Assembly (NCBI GenBank): GCA_964016885.1
Contig: OZ024743.1
Span: 367,226,001 to 367,290,000, forward strand
Direction of reading: 5' to 3'
Length of the DNA: 64,000 nt
Source: Eledone cirrhosa
Taxonomy: Eukaryota
Shown: one piece after another, positions 13,180-26,951 of the stretch
Position numbering within the stretch: the stretch's first letter is position 1
Layout of the letters: every line of letters begins with the position of its first letter
Position numbers and translations under genes: made by a program
Notes under the pieces: model-generated
The model's database searches: none
What the model was told of the DNA's origin: nothing
The model's input: the letters and a program-made list of their open reading frames with translations, nothing else

Positions 13180-13922
13180 TTTATTACCACATGTCACATT
13201 TATTATGACATGTCATATATATTACATGCCATATATATTACCACATACCACATGTCACATTTATTATCACATGTCGTATGTTACCACATCCCACATATAT
13301 TACCATTTGTCACACTTATTACCACATGTCATATTTATTATCTCATGTCATATATTACCACAGGAGCCCCTACATGGACACACTGGAAGAGGAAGACCAA
13401 GGTTAACGTATGTTGATGCCCTAAGGACAGACACTGGTCTGTTGGAGATCCAGGACATGGCAGCGATAATGAGGGACAGAGACCGCTGGAGAGAACTCAT
13501 CCATGGATCTCGGGAATTTTACCCGCCCTAGAATAGAATAGAATATATTACCACATATCACACATATATTACCACATGTCATATGCCACATTTGTTATCC
13601 CATGTCACATATATTACCACGTCACATTTGTTATTCCATGTCTCATATACTATCACATGTCACATGCCACATCTATTATCCTATGTCACATTCATTACCA
13701 CATGTCACATTTATTACCACATGTCACATATATTACCACATGTCAGATTTATTATCACATGTCACATTTTTTACCACATGTCACACTTATTACCACATAT
13801 CACATATATTACCACCTGCCACACTTATCACATGCCACATTTATTATCACATGTCATATATTAACACATGCCACATTTATTACATGTCACACTTATAACA
13901 TGTCACATTTATCACATGTCAC
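13180..13922. repeat. Degenerate ~20-bp tandem minisatellite (attaccacatgtcacattt-like)
   Basis: Recurrent units such as ttattaccacatgtcacat; explains the CHIYYH pseudo-ORFs. Confidence 0.92.
13363..13543 (+). mobile_element. Short 3' end of a distinct RTE-type LINE with (TAGAA)n tail, inserted in the minisatellite
   Basis: Encodes GRGRPRLTYVDALRTDTG..MRDRDRWRELI; atattaccaca flanks both sides. Confidence 0.8.
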
Positions 13923-14599
13923 TATCCCACACTACAAGACTTATTACTATCCTACTTGCCATTGTAACATTTATCACTGTCCCCTTATTACTGTCACTTC
14001 TATTACAGTCACACTTGTTTTTATACCAGTCATTATCACACAGACAGACATTTTTTTTTTCTCTACCCTATCTCTTCCTCTTTCTATATATATATGCACA
14101 CACACTAATATCTACTCATATACACATAATCTTATATTTGCTGTTCATACATATGTATCTTATATATACCCATATCTATAATAAGTAAATGCACATACAC
14201 ATGTATATATGTATCATATACACATATACACATATATACTATATATACTCCATACATGCAAATATATCTACCCAAGAGCGCCTAGTTCACACTGTAAAGT
14301 GGTCATTTTAGTGTCATGACAAAAAGCACCGAGTGCAGACTAAATATGGTTGGCATTAGGAAGGGCATCCAGCCATAAAAACCAAGCCAAAATTAGTTCT
14401 GTATGAGCATGTCACAGTCATCTGATCTGGCTTGTCTTACAATGGGACAACTCATCTAACCCATGCTAGCGTGGAAAATGGGATGTTAAATGGTGATGAG
14501 AATGATGATGATGATGATGATATATCTTCCATGTATACCATATATATATACTTAACTTGATAATTATGATAATGATAATGTGAATTATGAAGTCACTGA

Positions 14600-15300
14600 A
14601 TAGCTTGAGGATTTTTGACTTGTAGTGTTTGATATACAACAACAGTAACAACAAGCATTTTAAGACCATCTTCTCTGCTAAAACAGGAGTTAGTCTTGTG
14701 GACCTCATGACAAGCTTCTTCATTTTCCTCGCTTTTCCTCTCACTAGTGGCATCAAATCTGATATATGCTTTATAGACACACACATGTTGAGTCTTTTGA
14801 AATGTAGAATTCTGACCATACTCAATTCTGAATAAACTGTTGAAAGAAGTAAGAAGAGATCTGTACACCAAAGACTTTATTCAATGAATGATGCTACAGT
14901 TCAACATCTGGCTTACATAGGGGAGAAAACTCACTCATCATGTGACACATCAGCTATTAAAAGAACATAAAATCACAATACTGAGTTTTGTACCAACTAG
15001 CACCATGTCAGGAATACAGGATGATGTCAGTCTGAGAGTTTAAAACAAAATCCTGCAGCTTTAGAAAATTACATATGCAAGCATTCAAATGATATTTCAG
15101 TGATATTATCTCTAAAATATAGTCACAGGGAGAATTGGTGAAGTGTCTTGTAGGTGATAAGTTCAAACCCAGTTGAAGAAGACACATTCTATTCTCGAAT
15201 GAACAACTGTTACATAAAAGATTTAACATAAGGAAGACATAAAATACTTCCTTGAACATTTTAATAATAAAGTCTTGGTTACAAGAATTATCTGACTCCT
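14600..15300 (-). pseudogene. Highly decayed Penelope-like RT remnant
   Basis: LLCNSCSFENRMCLLQLGLNLSP..N loosely resembles the PLE RT motif L..N.F.FN...Y.Q..G..MGSPLSP..AN; IKSLVYRS lies downstream. Similarity is weak. Confidence 0.35.
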
Positions 15301-15418
15301 CATAGACAGATACATAAAATGGATAATATAATATATATATACTATCCGGGAGCTTCCAACAGTAATGGTTGCATTCTTTAAGGGTATGTCAATATTTATT
15401 TATAAAACTGCTCTATAT

Positions 15419-15485
15419 TATATTTATCTGATGAAAGCACACCATAATTTAACTTGGTGTCCTTGAAATATGTATAATGAAATAA
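15419..15485 (+). ncRNA. Type I hammerhead motif in TA-flanked short element (~15340-15615)
   Basis: tatttat-CTGATGA-aagc-acacca(..)tggtgt-cctt-GAAA-tatgta-TA|atgaaata; similar to the 25861 element. Confidence 0.65.
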
Positions 15486-15611
15486 ATATGGTCTTATAAA
15501 TATAGTTTCCATTTGTTAATATCGTATTTTTACTCCAATTAATTGTTGAGTGCTTTATATCAGTTATAAAAATATTTGCTTGTTGTATCCCAACAATTTA
15601 AATAGAACTTT

Positions 15612-16188
<577 letters not shown>

Positions 16189-16454
16189 TATATATATATA
16201 ATATATATATATATATATGTGTGTATATATATTAGAGAGAAAGAGAGTTATGATTGTTGAAAATAATCTTATATATAAAACTGATAACTTATTAAGCATT
16301 GAAAAGCAGAAAGTGGCACATTGATGGCATGGCACAGTGGGAATAATAAGAAGGATATGGTTATTATTGAGTGTGGACAAAATGAAAAAATATATATATT
16401 TAAAAAAAGTGCTGAGTTAATTGAAATCTCAAAGTTAAAGCTCAACTTGAGATT

Positions 16455-16994
16455 CCAGAACTTTTTGGAATGAGTTCCCTGAGTGAAATATTACAATGGT
16501 TTTCATATATTTTTAATTTTTGATTTAGCTGTTTAATTTTCTTCGTTGATAATGTGGGAAATGTTTCACTTATTCTCAGACAAGACAATTCTTTTCCTAA
16601 TTTATTCTTTCAGATAATTTTGCATTTCTATTTTGGTGCTAATTGCTTCTAAGCTGCAGTATTCCTATCAGCCAAACATGTAAAGTGGAACTGACCAAAT
16701 ATTATTGGCAAAATAGTTTATTGATTTTCCGAGATGTTTGTGTGAACTGCAGAAGATGGAAGAGAAGAAAGAAAAACTAATAATGTTCTTCCATGATCTT
16801 TTATTTCTGTATCCATTTTCACAACTTTTAGAAATGAAGAATGCTTTTTAGTAACTTTTAGAATGCTTTTTAATTTAATTAAACCAGTGATTTTACATTA
16901 AGCCAAGAACTTTTGGGAATGAGTTCCTTGACTGAAATATTACAATGATTTTCATATAACTTTCATCTGGCTGTTTAATCTTCCTTGTTGATAA
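16455..16994 (+). repeat. Dispersed ~95-bp direct duplication (16455-16552 and 16902-16994)
   Basis: agaactttt(t/g)ggaatgagttcc(c/t)tga(g/c)tgaaatattacaatg occurs twice. Confidence 0.75.
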
Positions 16995-18369
16995 TTTTAT
17001 TATCATTACACACACCACTAGTATTATTTTAATGCTTAAGATTCTTCATATTTAATGAAACATTATCATATAACATCACAAGTTCTCAATGAGGTTTTTA
17101 TTTTTTGATACTCTGACAATGAGAATAATAGACCCTCTATATGATGATATCACCTAATCAGAAACCAATAATGGAGCCTCTATCTGGTTTGATTTGTTAG
17201 AAAAAGCAGCCAAATCCATCTCAGGTTTCTCTCTCTCTTTCTCCACACAATAAACCCAAGAGTCACCATTGAGACCTCAAGCATACTTGGACCCCGTACT
17301 GCTGAGCTCCTCTGCAAGATTGGAGCATTGGTAGCCTGTCTGCAGAGGGAGCCTCACGTAGTTGGGTGGCTGTTGCAGCAGGTGTCACTGGCCATCGTCT
17401 GGGGGAATGCTTTTGCCGTCTTGTCAGTGGGGCACAGTACTTCTGTCCGCTTGCCCTAGGCCCAAAACCCAATCACCCTCACCCTCACCCCCCTTTCTTC
17501 TGTGACACCAGAGCTCTTGCCATCCCATCCTTTTCCCATTCCTTTTCTTCTTTCTTTCTCTCTCTTTTTTTTTCTATATTTCCCTATTCTTTCTTTCCTT
17601 TTGATTCCCCCTTTTTTAATTTTTTATTACTAAATAAGGTTTGTTTTTTGCTTTTGAGTAAACATATTAAGAGAAATTGTTTGGAAATGGTTTCATTCGA
17701 AACTCTATCACCATTAGACTAGTTATTGTTGTATCAAGCGTGTCATATCTGTCCGACAGAGTGAAAAAGTATACTTACAAAAAATGTTATAAATATCAGG
17801 TGCTTATTTTACTCATTTGCATATCAGTACATTCACTGATACATATACATAAAATATAATAACTAAAGTACTGAGTGAGCATGTATGTATATTAAATGTG
17901 TCAATACCTAGGATTTCATATGAATGGAGTATGTCTGCCAGCACTCATCAATTGACTTAAAGGTGTAACTATAAACAATGGTTATTGACAAAAATGAACC
18001 TGCATAATGAATAATAATGAATAATATAGTAAGAAACTCTTAGGAGAGCTGGACAGCAGAAGTTCTTCAGAGAAGAAGACTCTTTATCCAAGTGTTTTAA
18101 CTCCTTACATTTTAAGGAGGCCGGGGCACATACAGGTCATGACTCCTAGGTGCCCTTTTGCTGACACCATTTAATCACTTAGATATTAGAGCCTTGTTGT
18201 GTAGGGCACTTAAACCATATGGAGGTAATTTCTGTTCCTCACCAACCAGACAGTTTTTGGAACTCTACTTCAGTGTCTCAGCTATTGTCTTTAGGGCTTT
18301 GGTCCATTTCTTCCCAGAGCTAGAGAGCTGTTTCATGAGATTGTAGGCAACCCTTATAATAAGTGTATA

Positions 18370-20650
18370 TCATCATGATCATCATTGTTGTTTTAACATC
18401 TGCTTTCCTTGCTAGCAAGGGTTGGATGATTCCACACAGACCAAGTCAGTACTGAAGAGGGGCCACTGATCTCCCAGATAGGTCAGGGATCTGCATCTTG
18501 CTTATGTATGGTCTCAAGTTCTACTGAGTGCACAGGAGAGGTTGACAAACTTTCCTATCACCAACCACTTTACAGCGTGTACTGGGTGTATATATCATGT
18601 AGATCAACAAATACTAGGGAGGCTATCATGTCTTTGACATGACTGAAGGGTCCTCCCAACCCTTTGTTTGGCAAGCCTTCCATGGCTGAATGCCCTTCCC
18701 ATCCCCATCAACTTCACAAATGGGCAGCAGCTAGGAATGTGTGTGTGTGTGGATGAGGGGGGGGCATGGGTGTGTGTGTGGTAAGGGTGGTGTAGTGATG
18801 TTGAGAATAGCTGTTAGTGAGTGGTAGTGGAAATGAGGACTTGGGGGTAGGCCAGGCCACATTGTGTGCTGCAGGTCAGGTTTTCTTCAACACCACATAG
18901 TGCCAGCTCTGACAGTCTTTAGACATTTCTGTTGTGGGTTCAGTTTTTTAAGGTCGGTATTCACAACCTCATCCCATGTCTTCTTGGGTCTGCCTCTTCC
19001 ATGGGTCCCAGCCACAGGGGTTTCTCTGCATTTCTTTATGCAGCTGTTATCTTCCATGCACATCACATGTTCATACCAATGCAGTTTTCTTGTTTGCACA
19101 CTACATCAAGTTTTTCTCTCCTTTGCTTATGCTATGTTGTTCATGCACACACACATTACACATCTATCGGAACATACTTGACTAATTTCTTTCTAGTCTC
19201 CGCATGTCTTCTGCAGTCAAGGCCCATGTAACATTGCAGTTCACACACAGGCATTATACAGTCTACCCTTCAGTTTGAGAGAAAGGCATTTTGTTGTAAC
19301 AGATCTCTAACTTCAAAGGAGCTCCCCTAGCAGCCAAAGGAATCTATTTTATGTATGCTCTTTGTGCTCACTTCCCCTGTGACTCTGCCACATATAAAGT
19401 CTATCTTTTCCATTGGCCTACCTGCAATTACATCTCTTCTGCATCCATAATTGACATTGTGTTTTCCTTATGGAATTTCTGCCCATGCCTTTCTGACATA
19501 TCGAACAAGGCCACTTTCCTGATGGTATCACCTTTCTGCTTCTTTCCTACTTATTAAGATCATTGTCTCTGTTGAATTTACTTTTAGGCCTTTCAGCTCT
19601 AGGTTCTTCTTCCATGCTTGAAATTTTGTCCTAACTCTCCTACAGATTCAGCTATGAGGACTAAATCATCAACATATAGGAGCTCCCATGGAGTGCCAGT
19701 TTTAAACTCTTCAGTAATGGCCTGAAGTACAATAATAAATAGGAGTGGACTGAAGACTGATCCCTGATGAACCTCCACCTGCAATTCAAATTCATCACTG
19801 TACTCATTGCCAACTCTCACTCTGCTGACTGCTCCTCTATACATGGCCTGCACAGCCCTCACAAGCCATTCATCTACACCAAGCTTCCTAAGTGTCCACC
19901 AGATTATAGAGTGTGGAACCTATTAAAGGCCTTCCAGGTCTACAAATGCTAGATACAGTGTCTTACTCTTAACTAAGTACCCATAATTGTCACACCAGAA
20001 AGAGGGCATCAGCAGTACCCCTATCTGGCATAAATCCAAGCTGCATCTCATCTAATGGGATTATTTCCCTAGTTAGTTGTGCTATAACCCTTTCAGCAAT
20101 TTTCATGACCTGGTCCATCTACTTGAGGCCTTTGTAGTTACTTCATTGTAGTTTATCTCCTTTGCTCTTGTTGCAATTTACAATGATAAGCTAGACCAGT
20201 CATTGGGTATGACACCATCCTGTACTACTTGATTAACTATGCCTCTGATTAGTGTGTATCCTACAATGCCAGATGCTTTTAGCATCTCAGTGACTATACC
20301 AGATGGTCCAGCTGCTTTCCCTATCTTCGTGTCCTTAATTCCTTTATCTATCATACTGCTGTCAACCTTCATTGCCGGTCCATTAGTAGGGTCTGCATGG
20401 GGTAGGCTCTCGCTGTCACATTCATTTTCCTCATTCAGCAACTTCTCATAGTATGTTTTCCATGCTTCCTTCTTTTCGGTGTCAGACAGGGCAGGTGCTC
20501 CATTATCATTTTGGACACACTTTTCTCCAACCACATTATTATTTTCTCTAGCATACTGTCTCACAATTATTAACACTTCATGCCTCTGGTCTTCTCGACG
20601 CAGAACATGTGCAAACTTCTTTTTGCCTCCACCTTGCTAGATATACTTAG
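18370..20650 (-). mobile_element. Degraded RTE-clade LINE
   Basis: ORF pieces VVGEKCV.ND.G, AAGPSGIV.EMLKA, VHQGSV.SPLLF, WELLYVDDL, GRGRPKKTW. Confidence 0.92.
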
Positions 20651-20877
20651 CCCCCTTTCTAGTTATCTGGTGTTGCCTCTCTGTCTCCTCTGTTCCTTCA
20701 TTTTCTCCACTCTTGTCTGTTTTAACCCTTTAACATTTAAACCACCCTTATCTGACCGGAATTCTCTCACTTCTTTCTGTACAAACAGGCTGTAACCAGC
20801 CACTCATACTGATGTTAAGGTATTGTTCTCAAAATAAATAATATCAAAATCTCATAGATTTGATATTATATGAGATG

Positions 20878-21156
20878 ACCGGGTGATGTGTTGTTTCCTT
20901 GAGCAAGACACTTTATTTCACATTGCTCCAGTTTACTCAGCTGTAGAAATGAGATGATAGGGACTGGGGTCCATATCATTCCACTGCAAAGTGGTCGTGG
21001 AAGTGCCACGGCAAAAAAGCACCCAGCACTCACTGTAAAATGAGGTTGGTGTTAGGAATGGCATCCAGCTGTAGAAATCAAGCCAGCATCAGTTCCCGTC
21101 CCACCCTTGCAAGCAGGGAAAAGCGGACGTAAAATGAAATGATGATGATGATGATG
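20878..21156 (+). mobile_element. 5'-truncated CORE-type SINE (family of 15841)
   Basis: Near-identical to 15910-16188. Confidence 0.92.
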
Positions 21157-21300
21157 AATTATGTGGGGTAAAGCCTTTACCATGGAATTATAGAGTAATA
21201 TAAATGCTAAGGGGTTAATGGCTCTTTCTACCTTGTTACTTTTTAACTTCCCTCCTTAACCCTCCCTCTTCCTTGGAGCTTCTGTTCTCCCTCTATCTGA

Positions 21301-21340
21301 ACTTTTCTGATGAAGGACTTCTGTCTGAAACGTTGAAACC
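21301..21340 (+). ncRNA. Minimal hammerhead motif
   Basis: tttt-CTGATGA-a-ggac(ttct)gtct-GAAA-cg-tt-gaaa; palindromic ACGT stem III; element ends in (TA)n at ~21420. Confidence 0.65.
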
Positions 21341-22079
21341 TCCTCCACTTCCACCAAGCGTGAACCTAATATAACTGTGTACAATTGCCTCCTGTGTGTT
21401 GTTTCTTCATTGTCAACCATATATATATATACATACATATGCACAAATGGAGGATTCTGATCTGGAATTTGTAGTAGTCCACAACTAGGAAAGTACTTAG
21501 TGTTGAAAACATTGTATTATTTATATTTATTTAAATATATTAGCATGAAACAATGTACAGATTCCAACATGGGTCATTTACTACAAGCACTGTTGAAGTG
21601 AAAGATATTGTAATATTCAGAACAAATTTAATTAGTTAATTAAAACAGAAAAAGAACATAACCAAGTTTCTATCACTTGATTATGGAACTAATTAAAAAT
21701 GTTAAAATTTCGTTTTATTACAATATTATATCGTGAATGAAAGGAAGAGGGGGACGCAGGACAAGGTAAGAGTTGTGATAGATTCAGAAAGCAGGGTGGA
21801 GAGAGAGAGAGAGGGGAGGGGGGAATATAAAAGGGGAGAAAGAGAGAAAGATTAAAATAAATCTTGTGAGAGAGAGAATGGTGGAGAAAAAGGAGATAGC
21901 CAAATAAGAGGAAGAGAAAGTTTGAAAGAGTGTGAGAAAAAGAGAGGGCGAGTAATAGAAATAACAAGAATAAACAGCGAGAAGAATGAAAAAAAAAATT
22001 GTTTTCACATTTGATCAAGTAGAATGTGAAAGTAGATTGGAGAGGGATAGATAGATAAATTTCTTGAGAGATAAAGAGG

Positions 22080-22123
<44 letters not shown>

Positions 22124-22644
22124 TAGAAAGAGGGAGGGAGAGAAAATGGAGTTGTGAGATTGGTTGAGAGAAAAAGATTGACGGTGGTGTCCATGTTGTA
22201 TTTTCTTAATTCCAGCAGAAATCAATGAATTATAGTGAAATAATGAGGAAATTCTGCAGAAGGGTAACTAATTAATGGGATCATAATTCTAATTTGGATG
22301 GAAAAAAGAAAAACAAACAAACAAACAAACAAACAAACAAACAAACAAATTGAAATGATTACTTTAATGATTCTATCACAATGTAAAATTACTATGATTA
22401 CATGTAAAATATTTCTTTAAACATCTTTATTAAAATTTAATATATATGCCATAGTGTTTTACGATTTTTATTTATAAAATCACAGTAACAATGAAATGTT
22501 TATAAAACTAGAGAAGATGGAACAATAAGAGTATTGTAAATGATATTAAATTATTTTATTCTATTTCCTATTGTAACTTTCTATTATGCCATGCTCTTAA
22601 ACCTAATAGAAATAGCAATGAGTACTACCTTATCTTCATACATA

Positions 22645-22657
22645 CGTACGTATGTAC

Positions 22658-22688
<31 letters not shown>

Positions 22689-22821
22689 TGTATGTATGTA
22701 TGTACGTACGTATGTATGTATGTATGTATGTATGTATGTATGTATGTATGTATGTACGTATGTATGTATGTATGGACGTATGTATGTATGTATGTACATA
22801 TGTATGTACATATGTATGTAC

Positions 22822-22852
<31 letters not shown>

Positions 22853-22862
22853 TGTATGTATG
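22645..22862. repeat. (TATG)n microsatellite
   Basis: Direct reading. Confidence 0.98.
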
Positions 22863-23183
22863 TGAAGTGCATGGCTTAGTGGTGAGAGCATTGGGCTTAC
22901 AATCGAAAGGTTGTCTGTTCGATTCTCGGACCAGGTGATATGTTGTGTCCTTGAGCAAGACACTTTATTTCACATTGCTCCAGTTTATTCAGTTGTAGAA
23001 ATGAGTTCCAACGTCACTGGTGTCAAGCTGTATTGGCATTTGCCTTTCCCTTGGACATCAACAGTGGCGTAGAGATGGGAGGTTGTTATGCATGGGTGAC
23101 AACTGGTCTTCCACAAACAACCTTGCCAAGACTTATGCCTTGGAGGAGAACTTTCTAGGTGCAAATCCCATGGTCATTCATGA
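22861..23183 (+). mobile_element. tRNA-derived CORE-type SINE with an alternative 3' tail
   Basis: Head and CORE match 15841-15985; sequence diverges after gtagaaatgag into a tail shared with 3561-3679. Confidence 0.85.
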
Positions 23184-23351
23184 TGTATGTATGTAATATT
23201 TAATATAGAAATGGCTTCTACAGGACTAGAACTGTTTCAGTCGAAGCAAATCATCAAACATTGTATATACTCTACTATGTATTGAGTACCTTACTTACTG
23301 TGGTTACCATCGATTGAACCCGGGATACACACACACACACCTATATATATT

Positions 23352-23698
23352 ATCATTTCATCATCATTTCATTTTACGTCCGCTTTTTCCCTGCTTGCAA
23401 GGGTGGGACGAGAACTGATTCTGGCTTGATTTCTACAGCTGGATGCCCTTCCTAACACCAACCTCATTTACAGTGAGTGCTGGGTGCTTTTTTTTGCCGT
23501 GGCACCACCACGACCACTTTGCAGTGGAATGATATGGACCCCAATCCCTATCATCTCATTTCTACAGCTGAGTAAACTGGAGCAATGTGAAATAAAGTGT
23601 CTTGCTCAAAGAAACAACACATCACCCGGTCTGAGATTTGAACTCACAACCTTTCGATTGCAAGGCCAATGCTCTAACCACTAAGCCATGTGCCTCCA
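23352..23698 (-). mobile_element. Full-length CORE-type SINE (family of 15841)
   Basis: Reverse complement of 15841-16188 with few differences; flanked by TA. Confidence 0.92.
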
Positions 23699-23964
23699 TA
23701 TATATATATGGAGGCACTTATTCATCTCGAAACATATTTGGATTTTAAAGTTTAAACTTATCTACGGAACAGGTTTGATTTTGAAATTTAAATGTGTCTA
23801 AACATCATGGCCATTTGGCAATGCAGCTCGTCTTTGTTGATTTATTATTTTAAATCGATATGGACAAACTGTAGTATTATAATTAGTATACTTCATTCTG
23901 GCTAAATTTTCTTTTGCAATATAAATACAGATGTGTTGGTATTTGTGTTTCATCATATATATTT

Positions 23965-24027
<63 letters not shown>

Positions 24028-24030
<3 letters not shown>

Positions 24031-24855
24031 TTGATATGTAGAAAAGGAGTTGGCATAAACTCTATAGAATGTACACAATGCATATCTTGGGTACACAAGA
24101 GGTGTAGTGGGATAGCAGGCAATCTAACAGGAAGGGAAAACTTCATATGTAGTAGATGTTCAGGGAAAATTGCTAGTAAAAGTGTCAGTGATAGACACAT
24201 TTATCAAATGCAGGTAGGATCTATAGAGGTGGTTGATAGCTTCTGTTATCTAGGTGATCAAATTAGCAAGGGAGGAGGATGCTCCGAGGCCATAGTATCT
24301 AGAATAAGGACAGGATGGAAGAAGTTTAGGGAGCTGTTTCCTCTGTTGACAATGAAGGGTTTCTCCCTATGAACGGAAGGTTGGTTGTATGATGCCTGTG
24401 TGAGATGCGTGATGCGTGATGCTGCATGGTAGTGAGACATGGGCAGCAACTGTGGAGGATATGTGAAGGTGAAGCAAGCATGCTCCGATGGATGTGCAAT
24501 GTCAATGTGCATGAACGACCAAGCATGAACGAATTGAGAGTGAAACTGTGTATAAGAGGAATAAACTGTTGTGTGCAGGAGAGAAGACTGCATTGGCATG
24601 GACATGTGATACGCATGGAAGATGACTGCTGGGTGAAGAAGTGCCAAGCAATCCTGGTGGAAGGAAGATGCAGTTTAGGAAGACCACAAAAAACATGGGC
24701 GGAGGTGTTGAGAGTTGACCTCAGATGGCTGAAGCTCATAGAGGAGATGATGAAGGACCGTAATGAATGGAGAGATGCTGTGCTGAAGAGGACCTGTCCC
24801 ACCCTTGCAAGCAAGGAAAAGCGGACGGAAAATGATGATGGTGATGATGATGATA
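24028..24855 (+). mobile_element. 5'-truncated RTE LINE following (TA)n
   Basis: CLICRKGVGINSIECTQC..WVHKRCSG, SFCYLGD, RRLHWHGHV, GRPQKTW; short UTR and (TGA)n end. Confidence 0.93.
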
Positions 24856-25034
24856 ATGTGCATGCAAACGAAAATGTATCTATAGCAATAATTGTATGTG
24901 TGTGGGGAATGTAAGTATAGAATTTCAACATAAACATGATTTGACAAACATTTAACATCATTTTCTTCTCAAACTTTCTCTGATGAAATGCATTAGAACA
25001 ATAGTGCAGTTTGAAATATTGAATTATATAATAA

Positions 25035-25218
25035 TTGTTTCTACTTTTTGGCACAAGGCCAGCAATTATCCCAGTGCATTACTGGTACTTCATTTTATCG
25101 ACCCCGTAAAGATGAAAGGCAAAGTTAACCTCGGCGTGATTTGAAGTCAGACCGTAAAGGGGCGTAACTCTATGCTGCAAGGCATGGCGTCCGACCTTCT
25201 ACCGATACTGCCAATCCA
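25035..25218 (-). mobile_element. tRNA-derived SINE, second family (Meta-domain-like body)
   Basis: Minus strand reads ggattggcag..cggtag..cttcaaatcac..gaggttaactttgcctttcatc..ggggtcgataaaatgaagtacc; close copy at 60289-60470. Confidence 0.75.
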
Positions 25219-25645
25219 CAGATTTCACAGTTATGAATGTATTGAAACATGTGTAAGAGAATCTCCAGTATTAATAAATGTCTCATTGAACATCAACAAA
25301 TGTTCCTTGTTTCTCTAATAATAAAATATATATTATATTACTCTGTGGGTTACTCATATTGGACCAAGTTATCTTGATAACATAATTCATATCATAAACA
25401 GTTCCATTGACAATGTATAGCACAACTAAACTGGAAAGTTTCTTTTTTCTTTTTGTATATGCACATCCACCCTACAGTACAATACTAAAGTGTGAAGATG
25501 CCTGCAAAAAGCAGACATCTCTATTTTATCTCATATATATATATATATATAACGAAGGAAATGTAGTAAGGAACCAGATGGACTATAACGCACCAAAGTA
25601 CTCAATACTTAGGGTAGTAGAGTGGGTAATAGGAACGAGTAGGTA

Positions 25646-25769
25646 ATAGGAACGAGTAGGACCCTGACAGCTGAGCTCAAGCCGTTTCGACGGCTAATTC
25701 TGGACGCTAATTCAGTCCAGAATTAGCCGTCGAAACGGCTTGAACTCAGCCGTCGGGGTCCTACTCGTT

Positions 25770-25774
<5 letters not shown>
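25646..25774. repeat. Fold-back palindrome (60-bp arms, 9-nt loop) in TA-flanked element ~25550-25775
   Basis: ataggaacgagtagg..gtttcgacggctaattctggac / gtccagaattagccgtcgaaac..cctactcgttcctat. Confidence 0.95.
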
Positions 25775-25806
<32 letters not shown>

Positions 25807-25860
25807 TAAAATGACTGAATCTTAACCATCTACTATGTCAGGGTATGTCATGCATCATCT

Positions 25861-25927
25861 TATTTTATCTGATGAGGACGTACTGTTGAAGTTAACTCAG
25901 TACCTCTGAAATATGTATAATAAAATA
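25861..25927 (+). ncRNA. Type I hammerhead motif in TA-flanked short element (~25800-25970)
   Basis: tattttat-CTGATGA-ggac-gtactg(..)cagtac-ctct-GAAA-tatgta-TA|ataaaata; perfect 8-bp stem I. Confidence 0.8.
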
Positions 25928-25970
25928 TACTTGATCACAAGAAAATCTATTTTGTTAATATTTTGAATTA

Positions 25971-26003
<33 letters not shown>

Positions 26004-26900
26004 ATCATCATTTAATACCTGCTTTCCATGATGGCATGGGTTGGACAGGTTGTCATGGTCTATGATTAAACAAGTTGAGGAATCATATTTTGCTCCTACA
26101 CTTTATATTTTGGCATAGTTTCTATAGTTGGATGCTCTTCCTAACACCAATTACTTTGCAGAGTGTACTAGGTGTATGTTATCATGGCCTCAGCACAACC
26201 ACTTTACAGACAGAGTGGACTGGGTGCATTTTAGTGTGGTACCAGCCAAACCATTTACAACACTGAGGCACTCATGTGCTCAGTGAAACAAGAAAAGGCA
26301 GTGTGGTGTGTGTGTATGTGTGCAAGGTACTTTGTTAATATGGTAGGGTGTGATTTAAGGGAAAATGGCTGCTATTTCTAGCAAGTTGGACAATGTTCAG
26401 GTTCTTCTTGTTTAGACCAGTAGATGCAAATGAGGAGTACTTTACTTAGTCTGGAAATGGTAATTGGTGATGAGAGAGATATAATTTAGGATAATCTTAA
26501 TGGCTGTTTTTGAATCTTGAACAGAGTGACATGATAAACTAAGTGGGCAGTTTGAGTGGTTCCTATGGTTTTAGATGTTGGGGTGAGGACTGGCTGAGTG
26601 TGTGTCTTAGATTATGCAGTGAGGTCAGTGAAACAGAAATGTCCAGACAAGAATAATACACTTTCATGTTATTGATATTGAACAGCTTATGTTATTTATG
26701 CTTGATCAGTAAATGAGATTTTAATAGGGATAACAGCTTTTTGGCTATGGTGATAGTTACATTCACATTGAATGATGGATTGAAGCAAATTATTTTTGTT
26801 TTTTTTTGGTTCTGCTTTTGCCTATATTCAATATTATAATTATCATAATAATCATTATGTATATATATATATATTTATTATAAGAACAGATTTTCAGATT

Positions 26901-26947
<47 letters not shown>

Positions 26948-26951
<4 letters not shown>

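Noticed and set aside
13048-14188. His/Cys-rich ORFs resembling metal-binding proteins
   Set aside because: Open in several frames because of a 20-bp tandem repeat.
23225-23262. Minus-strand TTGATGA..GAAAC motif (similar weak cases at ~32163, ~36041, ~47787)
   Set aside because: Core mismatches and poor or missing stems; indistinguishable from chance.
24975-25025. Hammerhead-like CTGATGA-stem-GAAA
   Set aside because: Stem II is plausible but there is no NUH or stem I; at best a truncated relic, so not counted.
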